Shown piece by piece: positions 31,241-40,415 of a DNA stretch of 64,000 nucleotides (position 1 is its first letter; every line of letters begins with the position of its first letter). A program made the position numbers and the translations under genes. Under the pieces are notes generated by a model that saw only the letters and a list, made by a program, of their open reading frames with translations, was not told where the DNA came from and made no database searches. Source of the stretch: an uncultured Candidatus Saccharibacteria bacterium (GTDB lineage Bacteria > Patescibacteriota > Minisyncoccia > UBA6257 > 2-01-FULL-56-20); the NCBI GenBank assembly GCA_964456235.1, contig CAYWDX010000001.1, positions 35,074 through 99,073 on the forward strand. Reading direction: 5' to 3'.

Positions 31241-31759
31241 CTATGCGCGCGATGGCTTGCTGCCCTTCTCCATCTCTTTTATAGCTCGGCCGATGAGCGC
31301 GTCGTCGATCTGCTCCGGGGAAAGCTCGACGGTTTTCGCGATCGCCCTGCGGACCAGCGCAACCGCGTCTTTCTCTGCGGCCCGTTGAGACGCTTCTTCC
31401 TGCGCCCGGAGGCGCGCCGCCGCATTTGCCAGTTCATCCGCCTCTTTTCGTTTCGCTTCGGCAAGCAGCTTCTCTTCCAGCACCCGCGATTCGTCTTCGG
31501 TCTGCTTCAAAAGTGCGATCGCTTGCGCTTCTGCTTCTTTTATTTTTTCGTGGCCAACTTTGGTAGATTCGGCAAGGCGCCGGTCGGCTTCTTCAGCTTT
31601 GGTCAGCCCTTCTTCGATCCGGGCGCGCCGTTCGTGAAGAAGCTGTACGAGCGGGCGGTACGCCACGAGCCGCAGCACGATCAGTACAATAAAAAAATTG
31701 ACGGCCTGGCTCAAGAGCAGGCGCCAGTCAATCCCCAATTGGCTAAACAGTTGCTGCAT
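31241..31759 (-). CDS. atpF: ATP synthase Fo subunit b
   Basis: LGIDWRLLLSQAVNF TM segment followed by a coiled coil. Confidence 0.92.
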   Translation of the reverse strand: MQQLFSQLGIDWRLLLSQAVNFFIVLIVLRLVAYRPLVQLLHERRARIEEGLTKAEEADRRLAESTKVGHEKIKEAEAQAIALLKQTEDESRVLEEKLLAEAKRKEADELANAAARLRAQEEASQRAAEKDAVALVRRAIAKTVELSPEQIDDALIGRAIKEMEKGSKPSRA

Positions 31760-31826
31760 AGTATTGTTATGGCTCCTCGATGCGGCGAAACGCGAGACAC
31801 GCACGACGCCACCGCGGCGCGGACGA

Positions 31827-32057
31827 CTAGGAAACGAATTTAATGATGAGCGCGATGACAAGTGCGTAAATCGCGACGGCTTCCGCAAAGGCGATCGCAA
31901 GAATTGCCATGGTTTGGATTCTCGACGACGCTTCCGGATTCCGACCGATCGCTTCGACCGCTTTTGCGCCGATCCAACCGATCGAAAACGCTGGCATGAT
32001 CGCGCCCGCGGCGATCGCGCCGAACGTGGTGATTAATCGAATGCTATTAACGTCCAT
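31827..32057 (-). CDS. atpE: ATP synthase Fo subunit c
   Basis: GRNPEA loop and FAEAVAIY with the essential Glu. Confidence 0.96.
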   Translation of the reverse strand: MDVNSIRLITTFGAIAAGAIMPAFSIGWIGAKAVEAIGRNPEASSRIQTMAILAIAFAEAVAIYALVIALIIKFVS

Positions 32058-32096
32058 AAATTTCTTAATGAATATTTAATCTCCTCGACCTTTCAC

Positions 32097-32855
32097 TCAC
32101 GCCCGATGGCCGTGCTCTTCCGGTTCCCCTTCCCCATGGGACACTGCCATCGCCACGAAGACGAGGGTAAGCATCCCGAAAATAAACGCCTGGATGAATC
32201 CGACGAATATTTCGAGGAACATGAATGGGAGCGGGACGAGATACGGAACCAAAAACGCCATGATGGCGAGGAGCACCTCTCCCGCGAACACATTGCCAAA
32301 GAGACGGAATGAGAACGAGACAATTTTAGCAAATTCTGAGACTAATTCAAGGATGCCGACGAAAAAGTCGATCGGGCCCTTGAAGTTGAAGAAGACCGAT
32401 GCGCGGCCCTTGAGGCCGAGCGCGGCGCTCCCGAAAATATTCACGAAGGTGACGGCGATGAGCGCAAGCGCGAGCGTGAAGTTGAGATCGCTTGCCGGCG
32501 ACCGCAGGAGCGGCACCGATCCCTCGCCCTGGTGGACGATGATTGAACTCACGCCCGGGAGCAGCCCGAGCCAATTCGAAACGAGCACGAAGAGAAAGAC
32601 GGTGAGGACGAGCGGCAAATATTTTTCCGATTTGCGGCGGTCGCCGAGCACCGAATCCATGAGCCCGAGCGCTCCCTCAATAATAATTTCGAAAAGGTTT
32701 TGCGGGCCGCCCGGCACCAGGGAAAGTTTCCGGCGCAAGAGAAGGCCGAGCACGACGAGGAGGAGCAGCGCGAACGTCGACAAGAGGACGGCGTTCGTCA
32801 CCGGGAAACTGCCGATATGAAAAATCACTTCTGCCCGTAAGGAGATTGCCGACAT
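32097..32855 (-). CDS. atpB: ATP synthase Fo subunit a
   Basis: SFRLFGNVFAGE and QAFIF motifs. Confidence 0.97.
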   Translation of the reverse strand: MSAISLRAEVIFHIGSFPVTNAVLLSTFALLLLVVLGLLLRRKLSLVPGGPQNLFEIIIEGALGLMDSVLGDRRKSEKYLPLVLTVFLFVLVSNWLGLLPGVSSIIVHQGEGSVPLLRSPASDLNFTLALALIAVTFVNIFGSAALGLKGRASVFFNFKGPIDFFVGILELVSEFAKIVSFSFRLFGNVFAGEVLLAIMAFLVPYLVPLPFMFLEIFVGFIQAFIFGMLTLVFVAMAVSHGEGEPEEHGHRA

Positions 32856-32879
32856 CCCGAAAATGATAGCGTTTCGGGC

Positions 32880-33791
32880 CTAGTTCCGCAAATAGCGGCG
32901 GACGGCGACGAGGCTCGAGATAATGCCGATCACGACGCCGAAAAGCAGCACATAGAGGAAGAGCAGAAAGACATGCGTGTAGAAATAGTGGAATATGCCG
33001 AGGCCCGGGATGAAAACATCGAGATAGGGTGATGCGAAATAGAGCGCCGGCGCGACCAGGATCACGCTGATCAGGGCCGCGATCGTCGAGCACAGGATTC
33101 CCTCGACGACGTAGGGGCCGCGCACGAATGAATTTGAGGCGCCGACGACGCGCATCACGCCGATTTCTTCGCGGTTCGAATAGATGGCGAGGCGAATCGT
33201 ATTGAAAACGACGAGGCCGGCGATGATCGCGAGGATCAAGGTGACGACGAGGCCGCCGGTCGTCACGACGTTAATAATTTTTGCAAGCCGGTCAATCACG
33301 CTTTGGTTATTGTAGTAGCTCGGCGGTCCGTCGAGGTACTGCGCGATATTTGAAGCGTTAAGGTACTGCGCGATGTCGGCATACTGGCTTGGATTTTTCG
33401 CTTTTATGTTGAGCGACGCCTCGAGCGGGTTCGTGCTCAATTCATTAATCGCTTGGCTGATCGTGGGATCGCTCGCGTGGTTCTGCTTGAATATGGCGAG
33501 CGCCTCATCGCGGGAAACATATTCTACACTCTGCACCTGCGGCAACGATTCGAGCGATTGCTTGATGTTCAAAATTTGGTCTTCCGAAGTGTTCGTGGTG
33601 AAGTAGGCGCTGATGTCGATCTTGTCTTGGATGGAAGATGCGGCGCGGTTGGTGACGACACCGAAAAGAATCAGTGAAACGAACACGAGGAGCGCGATCG
33701 TCATGATGGCGACGGTCGCGGTCGAAAGCCAGCCGTTGCGCCGGAAATTTTTTACCCCGAAATTGATGATACGCGAAATGACGGTGACCAT
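32880..33791 (-). CDS. ftsX: Cell division permease FtsX
   Basis: NTIRLAIYSNREEIGVMRVVGASNSFVRGPYVVEG motif. Confidence 0.95.
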   Translation of the reverse strand: MVTVISRIINFGVKNFRRNGWLSTATVAIMTIALLVFVSLILFGVVTNRAASSIQDKIDISAYFTTNTSEDQILNIKQSLESLPQVQSVEYVSRDEALAIFKQNHASDPTISQAINELSTNPLEASLNIKAKNPSQYADIAQYLNASNIAQYLDGPPSYYNNQSVIDRLAKIINVVTTGGLVVTLILAIIAGLVVFNTIRLAIYSNREEIGVMRVVGASNSFVRGPYVVEGILCSTIAALISVILVAPALYFASPYLDVFIPGLGIFHYFYTHVFLLFLYVLLFGVVIGIISSLVAVRRYLRN

Positions 33792-33801
33792 GGTGTGATG
33801 A

Positions 33802-34485
33802 TTATACTAAAATGTATTTTCCCTTTTTCTCGTCGCGGATGATCCGGCCGCGGTCAAGCGTGATCACGCGCCGCTCCAGATTATTAATGACTTCTTTATC
33901 GTGGGTTGCGAGCACGACCGTCGTGCCGAGCTGATTGATCTTCTCTAATAATTTTACAATTTCGTAGGTGTGGAAGGGGTCGAGGTTGCCGGTCGGCTCA
34001 TCGGCGATCACGACTTCGGGCCGATGGATCATCGCGCGCGCGATCGCCACCCGCTGACGCTCGCCGCCTGAAAGCTCCGACGGGAAATTCTTCATCTTGT
34101 CGCCTAACCCTACCATATCGAGCACCTGGGGCACGAGTTCCATAATTTCACGCTCGGGCCGACCGGCAACCTCAAGCGCGAACGCCACGTTTTCATATGC
34201 ATTTTTTGTGGGCAGCAGCCGGAAGTCCTGGAAGACCACGCCGATGTGCCGGCGAAACGCCGGCAGTTCTGCATCCTCCAGCTTATTCACTTCGTACTGG
34301 CCGAAAAAAACCCGACCCTTGGTCGGTTTTTCCTCGCCGATGAGCAGCTTAATAATAGTAGACTTGCCGGCGCCGGAACGGCCAGCGAATGAAACAAATT
34401 CTCCCGGATCAATGTTAAACGAAACGTCCTCGAGGGCCGTTCCGTGATGATTGTAGTGTTTTGAAACTCCCTGGAAGACGATCAT
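33802..34485 (-). CDS. ftsE: Cell division ATP-binding protein FtsE
   Basis: GRSGAGKST, VVFQDFRLL and LSGGE motifs, upstream of ftsX. Confidence 0.96.
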   Translation of the reverse strand: MIVFQGVSKHYNHHGTALEDVSFNIDPGEFVSFAGRSGAGKSTIIKLLIGEEKPTKGRVFFGQYEVNKLEDAELPAFRRHIGVVFQDFRLLPTKNAYENVAFALEVAGRPEREIMELVPQVLDMVGLGDKMKNFPSELSGGERQRVAIARAMIHRPEVVIADEPTGNLDPFHTYEIVKLLEKINQLGTTVVLATHDKEVINNLERRVITLDRGRIIRDEKKGKYILV

Positions 34486-34520
34486 GAAGGGGTTCGTTTA
34501 TTTTACCTTATTTTATGATT

Positions 34521-35565
34521 TTACGGCAGCGCCTCAAGCTCGGCCTCGATAAAAAGATCGAGATCGCCGGCGAGGACGTTTTGGACTTTCGCAGTTTCAG
34601 CATCCGTGCGATGGTCTTTCACGAGCTGATACGGGTTGAGCACGTAGGAGCGCAGCTGGTTCCCCCATTCCGGTTTTATTTTCGTGCGTACATTGCCGAT
34701 CTCTGCAATTTTTTCTTTCTCCATGAGGTTGTACAATTTCGCCTTGAGCATTTTGAGCGCGTATTCACGATTCTGTGCTTGCGAGCGCTGCGCCTGCGAG
34801 CTCACGGCGATGCCGCTTGGGATGTGCACGACGCGCACGGCCGTCTCCACTTTATTTACGTTTTGGCCGCCGGGGCCGCCGGATCGATAGAACTCGAATT
34901 TGAGGTCGCGTTCAGGAATTTCGAGTTTCGATTCTTCAAGAGCGGGGAGGTCAGGAATCACTTCGACGAGCGCGAACGAAGTGTGGCGCAATTGTTTTGG
35001 GGAAAACGGGGAGATGCGGACCAGGCGGTGCACGCCGGATTCGCGCCGAAGGTAACCGTAGGCGTGATCGCCGCTTAACTCGACCGTGCGCGAGCGCGGA
35101 TTGTCGTCAATCACTTTTATTTTCCATCCCCGATTGCGGGCATAGTTTTCGTACATGAGCGCGAGCATCCGCCCCCAGTCTTCGGCGTCTTCCCCTCCGG
35201 CGCCCGGATACACCGCAAGCACCGCGGCCTGTTTATCATAACGGCCGGTAAAAAGCTGTTGGAGCTCGATTTCTTTTAATTTTTTCTTGATTTCGGCAAG
35301 TTTTTTTTCATTAAAATTTTCTAAAAGTTCTGCGGCGCCGGTTTCGATCGCTTTGAAGCGCGCCACAAGATCGTTCAATATCCCGAGCTCGCGAATTTTT
35401 CCATCAATCTTTTCGCGATCTTTCGACTCCCAAAAACCAGGGGCGGCCATCTCGGCCTCCAATTCTTTCACCCGAGCCTCCTTCGTCGCTACCTCAAAGA
35501 CGCCCGCCTAATCGGCGGGCAGCCGCTCCCAATTCTTCTAATTCTTTTTTAATATCTTCTTTCAT
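34521..35565 (-). CDS. prfB: Peptide chain release factor 2 with programmed +1 frameshift
   Basis: ATG at 35565 reads MKEDIKKELEELGAAARRLGGRL, then CTT-TGA-G (35499-35493). The +1 frame continues into SPF and GGQ motifs. Confidence 0.95.
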
Positions 35566-35906
35566 TATTCAAGGGCGGCGAGCCGCTCTTCATAACCCGT
35601 GATTGCAAACCCCTGTCCGTTCGCCCGCAGTTTTGCTGCCACCGCATCCAGCTGAGCCCTGAGCGCGGCTTTAGTATTTTTGAGAGTCTCTTGTTGCTGC
35701 CTTGCCAGCACTTCGATCTCCGGGCGTGATCCGGCCAGGATCTCTTGAACTCCGGCGTCCGAAGTCGCAAACAATTCCTCGAAAATTTTCACTTCCCCAG
35801 AAATCTGCGCGACTTGATGCATCAATTCTGCAAATTGACCCAGCATTTCTGACAGTTCCTTGGTCCTGTCAACAACATTTTCTCGCGGCGCCGCTTCAAA
35901 TCCCAT
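35565..35906 (-). CDS. Hypothetical coiled-coil protein
   Basis: ORF coupled to prfB through TAATG. TAACAT lies 7 nt before the ATG at 35906. Confidence 0.6.
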   Translation of the reverse strand: MGFEAAPRENVVDRTKELSEMLGQFAELMHQVAQISGEVKIFEELFATSDAGVQEILAGSRPEIEVLARQQQETLKNTKAALRAQLDAVAAKLRANGQGFAITGYEERLAALE

Positions 35907-35945
35907 TGGAAAAATGTTAGCGCCTCTTCTCAATGAATGCAATTG

Positions 35946-36017
35946 AGCCGGAGAGAGGAATCGAACCTCCAACCTCTGCTTTACGAAAGCATTGCTCTGC
36001 CGTTGAGCTACTCCGGC
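35946..36017 (-). tRNA. tRNA-Thr(CGU)
   Basis: GCCGGAGTAGCTCAACGGCAGAGCAATGCT-TTCGTAA-AGCAGAGGTTGGAGGTTCGATTCCTCTCTCCGGCT cloverleaf. Confidence 0.93.
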
Positions 36018-36130
36018 AATCCAGTCGCGACGCAGACAATATAGCAAAAACCTGCTCATTTGTGAAGAAAAACTGGACAAATCTCTATTTTTATGATAAT
36101 TTAATTTTCAGCACTAGGAAAGGAGGCACC

Positions 36131-36667
36131 ATGAGGTTACTGCCTATGGTGCTGCTCTGGACCTCGGTTGTAGCGCTGGGCTTCGTGGGCCCGGCGGCTA
36201 TCGCACAAACCCTGAACAACGAGCTGGAGATCGTGCAGCCGAAGAAGGATGAGGGTAAAACCCATGCTATCTTCGCCGCTTCACGTTTTTACCTGCTCGG
36301 AGGTTCGGCGCTCGATGGTGTGAGCACGAGCCTTGTGATGGGCCATCCGAAGATGGCATACCGTGCGGACGGAAGTCCGCTGGCGAGCTATCAGGGTATA
36401 GAGACGGGGTGGGCGAGATCCTTCGGCAGCAAGAACACGTTCGCAGCGGTAGGTGCAAATGTGGCGCTTGATGCCGGCGTGGGTTTTGCCGCTTCGAAGC
36501 TATACCAAAAAGGAGGGCGGTGGCGGTACCTGGCGATTGGCCTAAACGTGCTCAAGGGCACGGACGGGCTCATTGCGGGGATCCGAAACTTCCGATTCGC
36601 GAGCAGCGTCGATAGACGTGTACGCCTCGTTACGGGTTATGCGGGGCCCGTAACATGGTCCCACTAA
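36131..36667 (+). CDS. Orphan secreted/membrane protein (SD-led cassette)
   Basis: Signal peptide ending AAIAQ. GGAAAGGAGG precedes the ATG, and TGGACA-N17-TAATTT lies at 36074-36102. Confidence 0.75.
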   Translation: MRLLPMVLLWTSVVALGFVGPAAIAQTLNNELEIVQPKKDEGKTHAIFAASRFYLLGGSALDGVSTSLVMGHPKMAYRADGSPLASYQGIETGWARSFGSKNTFAAVGANVALDAGVGFAASKLYQKGGRWRYLAIGLNVLKGTDGLIAGIRNFRFASSVDRRVRLVTGYAGPVTWSH

Positions 36668-36679
36668 ACCCGTTGAAGC

Positions 36680-36709
36680 CTGGCGGTCCCCACAAGGGCC
36701 GCCAGTTTT
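36680..36709 (+). terminator. Intrinsic terminator
   Basis: CTGGCGGTCCC-loop-GGGCCGCCAG followed by TTTT. Confidence 0.8.
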
Positions 36710-36740
36710 CTTATATTATAAAGGCGCCTTCGTGGGATAC

Positions 36741-36915
36741 TTGACAAGGAATGACGGGCTGGAATATAATGCAATCAGTTCCCTATCTCGCATCCCTTTC
36801 TTCTCTCAAGTCCGGAGACCCGAGAGCTTCGCCTCTGTAGTTGGTTTCCTAGTGCATCTGCTCTCCCGTCTCCTAAGGCCAGTGACCCACGAAGTCCCTG
36901 GCCTTTATCTTTTTT
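36741..36915 (+). ncRNA. Candidate ~140-nt pyrimidine-rich sRNA
   Basis: TTGACA-N18-TATAAT, no ATG-started ORF in the predicted transcript, and AAGGCCAG...CTGGCCTT followed by a T-rich tail. Confidence 0.5.
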
Positions 36916-36983
36916 AGGAGTCTTTGTATGATTGAACCGTTACCGTTCTGCATCCTCGCTTGCGGGGGCAACACGCGAACACT

Positions 36984-39900
36984 ATGCCTAAATTCACCCA
37001 TCTTCATACGCATTCGCACTATTCCCTTTTGGACGGCCTCACGAAAATTGATGAACTCGTGAAGCGGACGAAAGAGCTCGGCATGGATGCGATCGCACTC
37101 ACTGATCACGGCGTCCTCTATGGCGCTGTTGAATTTTATAAGGCGGCGAAAAAAGCCGGCGTGAAACCGATCCTGGGTGTCGAGACCTACGTTGCGCCGC
37201 GCGATCGCTTCTCAAAAGAGGCTAGCGAAAAATATTATCACCTGATCCTTCTCGCCGAGAATCAAATCGGCTGGAAGAATTTAATCAAACTTGTCTCCGC
37301 CGCCCACCTCGAAGGGTTCTATTACCGTCCGCGCGTCGATAAGGACATCCTCGCCAAATACCACGAGGGGCTGATCGCGCTTTCAAGCTGCCTCGGCGGG
37401 GAAATCGGACAATGCCTGCTTGCCGGAAAGTATGAGGAGGCAAAGAAAACGGCGCTCCACTACCGCGACATTTTTGGCGAGAAGAATTATTTTTTGGAAA
37501 TCCAGAAGCATCCGCATGTTGCGGATTCTGAACATATTGAGCCCTTGCTCATAAAATTGTCGCAAGAAACGGGGATTCCGCTCGTCGCCACGCAAGACAG
37601 CCACTATCCCCGATCCGAAGACGCGAATTACCACGATGTTTTGCTGGCGGTTCAAACTGGCAACAAGCTTTCTGACGACGACCGAATGACCATGAAAGAA
37701 GATGATTTCTCGCTCTTGTCACCCGAGGCGATGGCAGAGAAATTTGCTTCGGTCAAAGGCGCTGAAGACGCGGTCGCGCGGACCGGCGAGATTGCCGACC
37801 GGTGCAATGTGGAGATCGAGCTCGGCGGCGTGCTGCTTCCTGACTTCCCCAAGCCCGACGGGAAAACTGCAAACGGTTATTTGCGCGAATTAATAGAGGA
37901 ACGTCTGCCTAAAAAATTTCCGCGCGAAATCCAGACGACGGAAATGCATGAGCGCTTGGAGTACGAGTTGGGCGTGATTGAAAAAACAGGTTTTGCCGAT
38001 TACTTTTTGATCGTCCAAGACTTGATCAACTGGGCAAAGACGCACGGCATCGCCGTGGGGCCAGGCCGCGGTTCGGCCGCGGGCAGCTTGGTTTCCTATG
38101 TGCTCGACATCACCGACTTGAATCCCCTCGCGTATGGATTGCTCTTTGAGCGGTTTTTGAATCCCGAGCGCATCCAGATGCCCGACATCGACATCGACTT
38201 TGCGGATGTGCGCCGCGATGAGGTGCTCGCCTACGCGCGCGAAAAATATGGTGGCGACCGCGTGGCGCGCATCATCACCTTTGGAACGATGGCCGCGCGC
38301 GCGGCAGTTCGTGACGCCGGGCGCTCGATGGGCTACTCGTATGCCTTTTGCGACCAAATTGCAAAACTGATCCCCTTCAATCCGACGCAGGGCATGAAGG
38401 AAGGATGGCTCGACGAATGCCTCCAGAAAGTGCAGGAACTGCGCATCATCTACGACACGAACCCAGAGGCAAAAAAACTGATTGATACTGCGCGTAGGTT
38501 AGAGGGCGTCGCGCGACACGCCTCCGTGCACGCGTGCGGCACGGTGATTTCAAAAGAACCGCTCGTGACCCGCGTGCCGCTCCAGTTCGCGCCGCAGGAA
38601 AAAGACGTGATCATCACGCAATTTGAAATGCACGCCGTGGAAGACCTCGGCCTCCTTAAAATCGACCTGCTCGGCTTAAAAAACCTCACCATCATCGAGA
38701 ACACGCTCCGCCTCGTGCGTGAGCTGCACGGGGAGACGATCAACATTTCAAAAATTCCCCTGGACGACAAAAAAACTTTTGCGCTCCTCCAGAAAGCCGA
38801 CACGACCGGCGTCTTCCAGTTTGAAAGCGCGGGGATGCGCCGCTACATGAAAGACATCAAACCGACGGAACTTGAAGACCTGATCGCGCTCGTCGCCTTG
38901 TTCCGTCCCGGCCCGATGGAACTTATCCCGTCTTTTATCAAACGCAAACACGGCGAAGAAAAAATCACCTACCTCCACCCGAAGCTTGAGCCGATCCTCA
39001 AGAACACCTACGGCATCGGCGTGTACCAGGAACAGATGATGCAAATTGCGCGCGACATTGCGGGCTACACGCTTCCTGAAGCCGACACGCTGCGCAAAGC
39101 GATCGGCAAAAAAATCAAATCGCTCCTCGACGAGCAGGGCGAAAAATTGACGAAAGGGATGATTGCGAACGGGATCCCGCCGCGAACCGCGAAGGCCATT
39201 TGGGAGCTCTTCCCCCCGTTCGCGCGTTATGGTTTCAACAAGTCGCATGCCGCTTGCTACGCCCTGATCGGCTACGAGACGGCCTACCTGAAAGCGCATT
39301 ACCCCGAAGAATTCATGGCGGCACTTTTGAACGCAGAGGTGCGCGACATCGACCGTATTTCCTTCCTCATCCAGGAGGCGAAACAGGGAGGCATCATCGT
39401 CCTGCCGCCCGATATCAACGCGAGCTTTGTCGACTTCGCGCCGGAGGGCGACAAAATTCGATTTGGTTTGGAAGCGGTAAAAAATGTTGGCGGCGAGATC
39501 ACGCGCGCGATCATCGAGGAACGCACCCGCCGCGGGCCGTTCAAAAATTTTGAAGACGTGCTCACGCGGATTCAGCACAAGGATCTCAATAAAAAATCGC
39601 TTGAAAGCCTCGTGAAGGCGGGCGCTTTTGATTCGCTCGGCATCGAGCGGAACCAGGCGCTCCGCAATATGGATGATATTTTGCGTTTCGCAAACGCGGC
39701 GCGCAAAGGCGGAAACGGCGCGGCGAACGCGGGCGCGTCACTGTTTGGCGGTGACGTGATGAAGGCACCGACGCTCAAATTGAAAACCGCGCCCCCGGCT
39801 TCGAATGCCGAGCGTCTTGGCTGGGAAAAAGAGTTGATCGGATTCTATCTTTCAGAACATCCGCTTGCTGCATATACTGAAAAATTAAAAGCGGTCGGCG

Positions 39901-40193
39901 TGAAACCGATTACCGAGCTCCTGGCAGTGACGAATGAACGGGCACCGGTCCGCGCTGCGGGCGTCATAACCAAGATTAAAAAAATATTTACCAAAACTGG
40001 ACAGCCTATGATTTTCGCAACGATCGAAGATGCATCGCAGAAATCGATGGAGGTCGTGGTCTTTAATAGCGTCTATGAAAAGACGAATGGCCTGTGGGCC
40101 GAGAATGTGCCCATCATCGTACAAGGCAAGATTTCAACGCGGGACGGCGAAACCAAAATGGTCTGCGATGCGGCGAAGAAAATCGGGGCTTAG
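36984..40193 (+). CDS. dnaE: DNA polymerase III alpha subunit
   Basis: PHP HLHTHSHYSLLDG, GRGSAAGS, PDIDIDF, FNKSHA and an OB-fold. Confidence 0.99.
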   Translation: MPKFTHLHTHSHYSLLDGLTKIDELVKRTKELGMDAIALTDHGVLYGAVEFYKAAKKAGVKPILGVETYVAPRDRFSKEASEKYYHLILLAENQIGWKNLIKLVSAAHLEGFYYRPRVDKDILAKYHEGLIALSSCLGGEIGQCLLAGKYEEAKKTALHYRDIFGEKNYFLEIQKHPHVADSEHIEPLLIKLSQETGIPLVATQDSHYPRSEDANYHDVLLAVQTGNKLSDDDRMTMKEDDFSLLSPEAMAEKFASVKGAEDAVARTGEIADRCNVEIELGGVLLPDFPKPDGKTANGYLRELIEERLPKKFPREIQTTEMHERLEYELGVIEKTGFADYFLIVQDLINWAKTHGIAVGPGRGSAAGSLVSYVLDITDLNPLAYGLLFERFLNPERIQMPDIDIDFADVRRDEVLAYAREKYGGDRVARIITFGTMAARAAVRDAGRSMGYSYAFCDQIAKLIPFNPTQGMKEGWLDECLQKVQELRIIYDTNPEAKKLIDTARRLEGVARHASVHACGTVISKEPLVTRVPLQFAPQEKDVIITQFEMHAVEDLGLLKIDLLGLKNLTIIENTLRLVRELHGETINISKIPLDDKKTFALLQKADTTGVFQFESAGMRRYMKDIKPTELEDLIALVALFRPGPMELIPSFIKRKHGEEKITYLHPKLEPILKNTYGIGVYQEQMMQIARDIAGYTLPEADTLRKAIGKKIKSLLDEQGEKLTKGMIANGIPPRTAKAIWELFPPFARYGFNKSHAACYALIGYETAYLKAHYPEEFMAALLNAEVRDIDRISFLIQEAKQGGIIVLPPDINASFVDFAPEGDKIRFGLEAVKNVGGEITRAIIEERTRRGPFKNFEDVLTRIQHKDLNKKSLESLVKAGAFDSLGIERNQALRNMDDILRFANAARKGGNGAANAGASLFGGDVMKAPTLKLKTAPPASNAERLGWEKELIGFYLSEHPLAAYTEKLKAVGVKPITELLAVTNERAPVRAAGVITKIKKIFTKTGQPMIFATIEDASQKSMEVVVFNSVYEKTNGLWAENVPIIVQGKISTRDGETKMVCDAAKKIGA

Positions 40194-40202
40194 CCGGGCG
40201 CA

Positions 40203-40410
40203 TTGACAAAAATCTAAAATGGGGTATCTTGGGGAATAGCACGGGCTTTCTTTGGAGGAGGGCTCGTCAGTTGGAGGTGTATCGCCCCGTCGGATCAAAG
40301 AGTTCGCTCCTTAGAGATGGACTTTGCGATCAATGGTGCTGTCCACCGCTGACTTGTAAGGTGCAGAACGGCGTCTCGCGTTTGGGGAAATGCCGAGGCG
40401 CCGTTTTTAT
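40203..40410 (+). ncRNA. Candidate ~170-nt structured RNA between dnaE and lysS
   Basis: TTGACA-N16-TATCTT, internal complementary segments, and terminator AACGGCGTCTCG...CGAGGCGCCGTT-TTT. Confidence 0.45.
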
Positions 40411-40415
40411 TTTTA

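Noticed and set aside
35907-36130. Upstream extensions of ORFs 35565..36080 and 35933..36667
   Set aside because: They overlap tRNA-Thr. Better-supported starts are 35906 and 36131.
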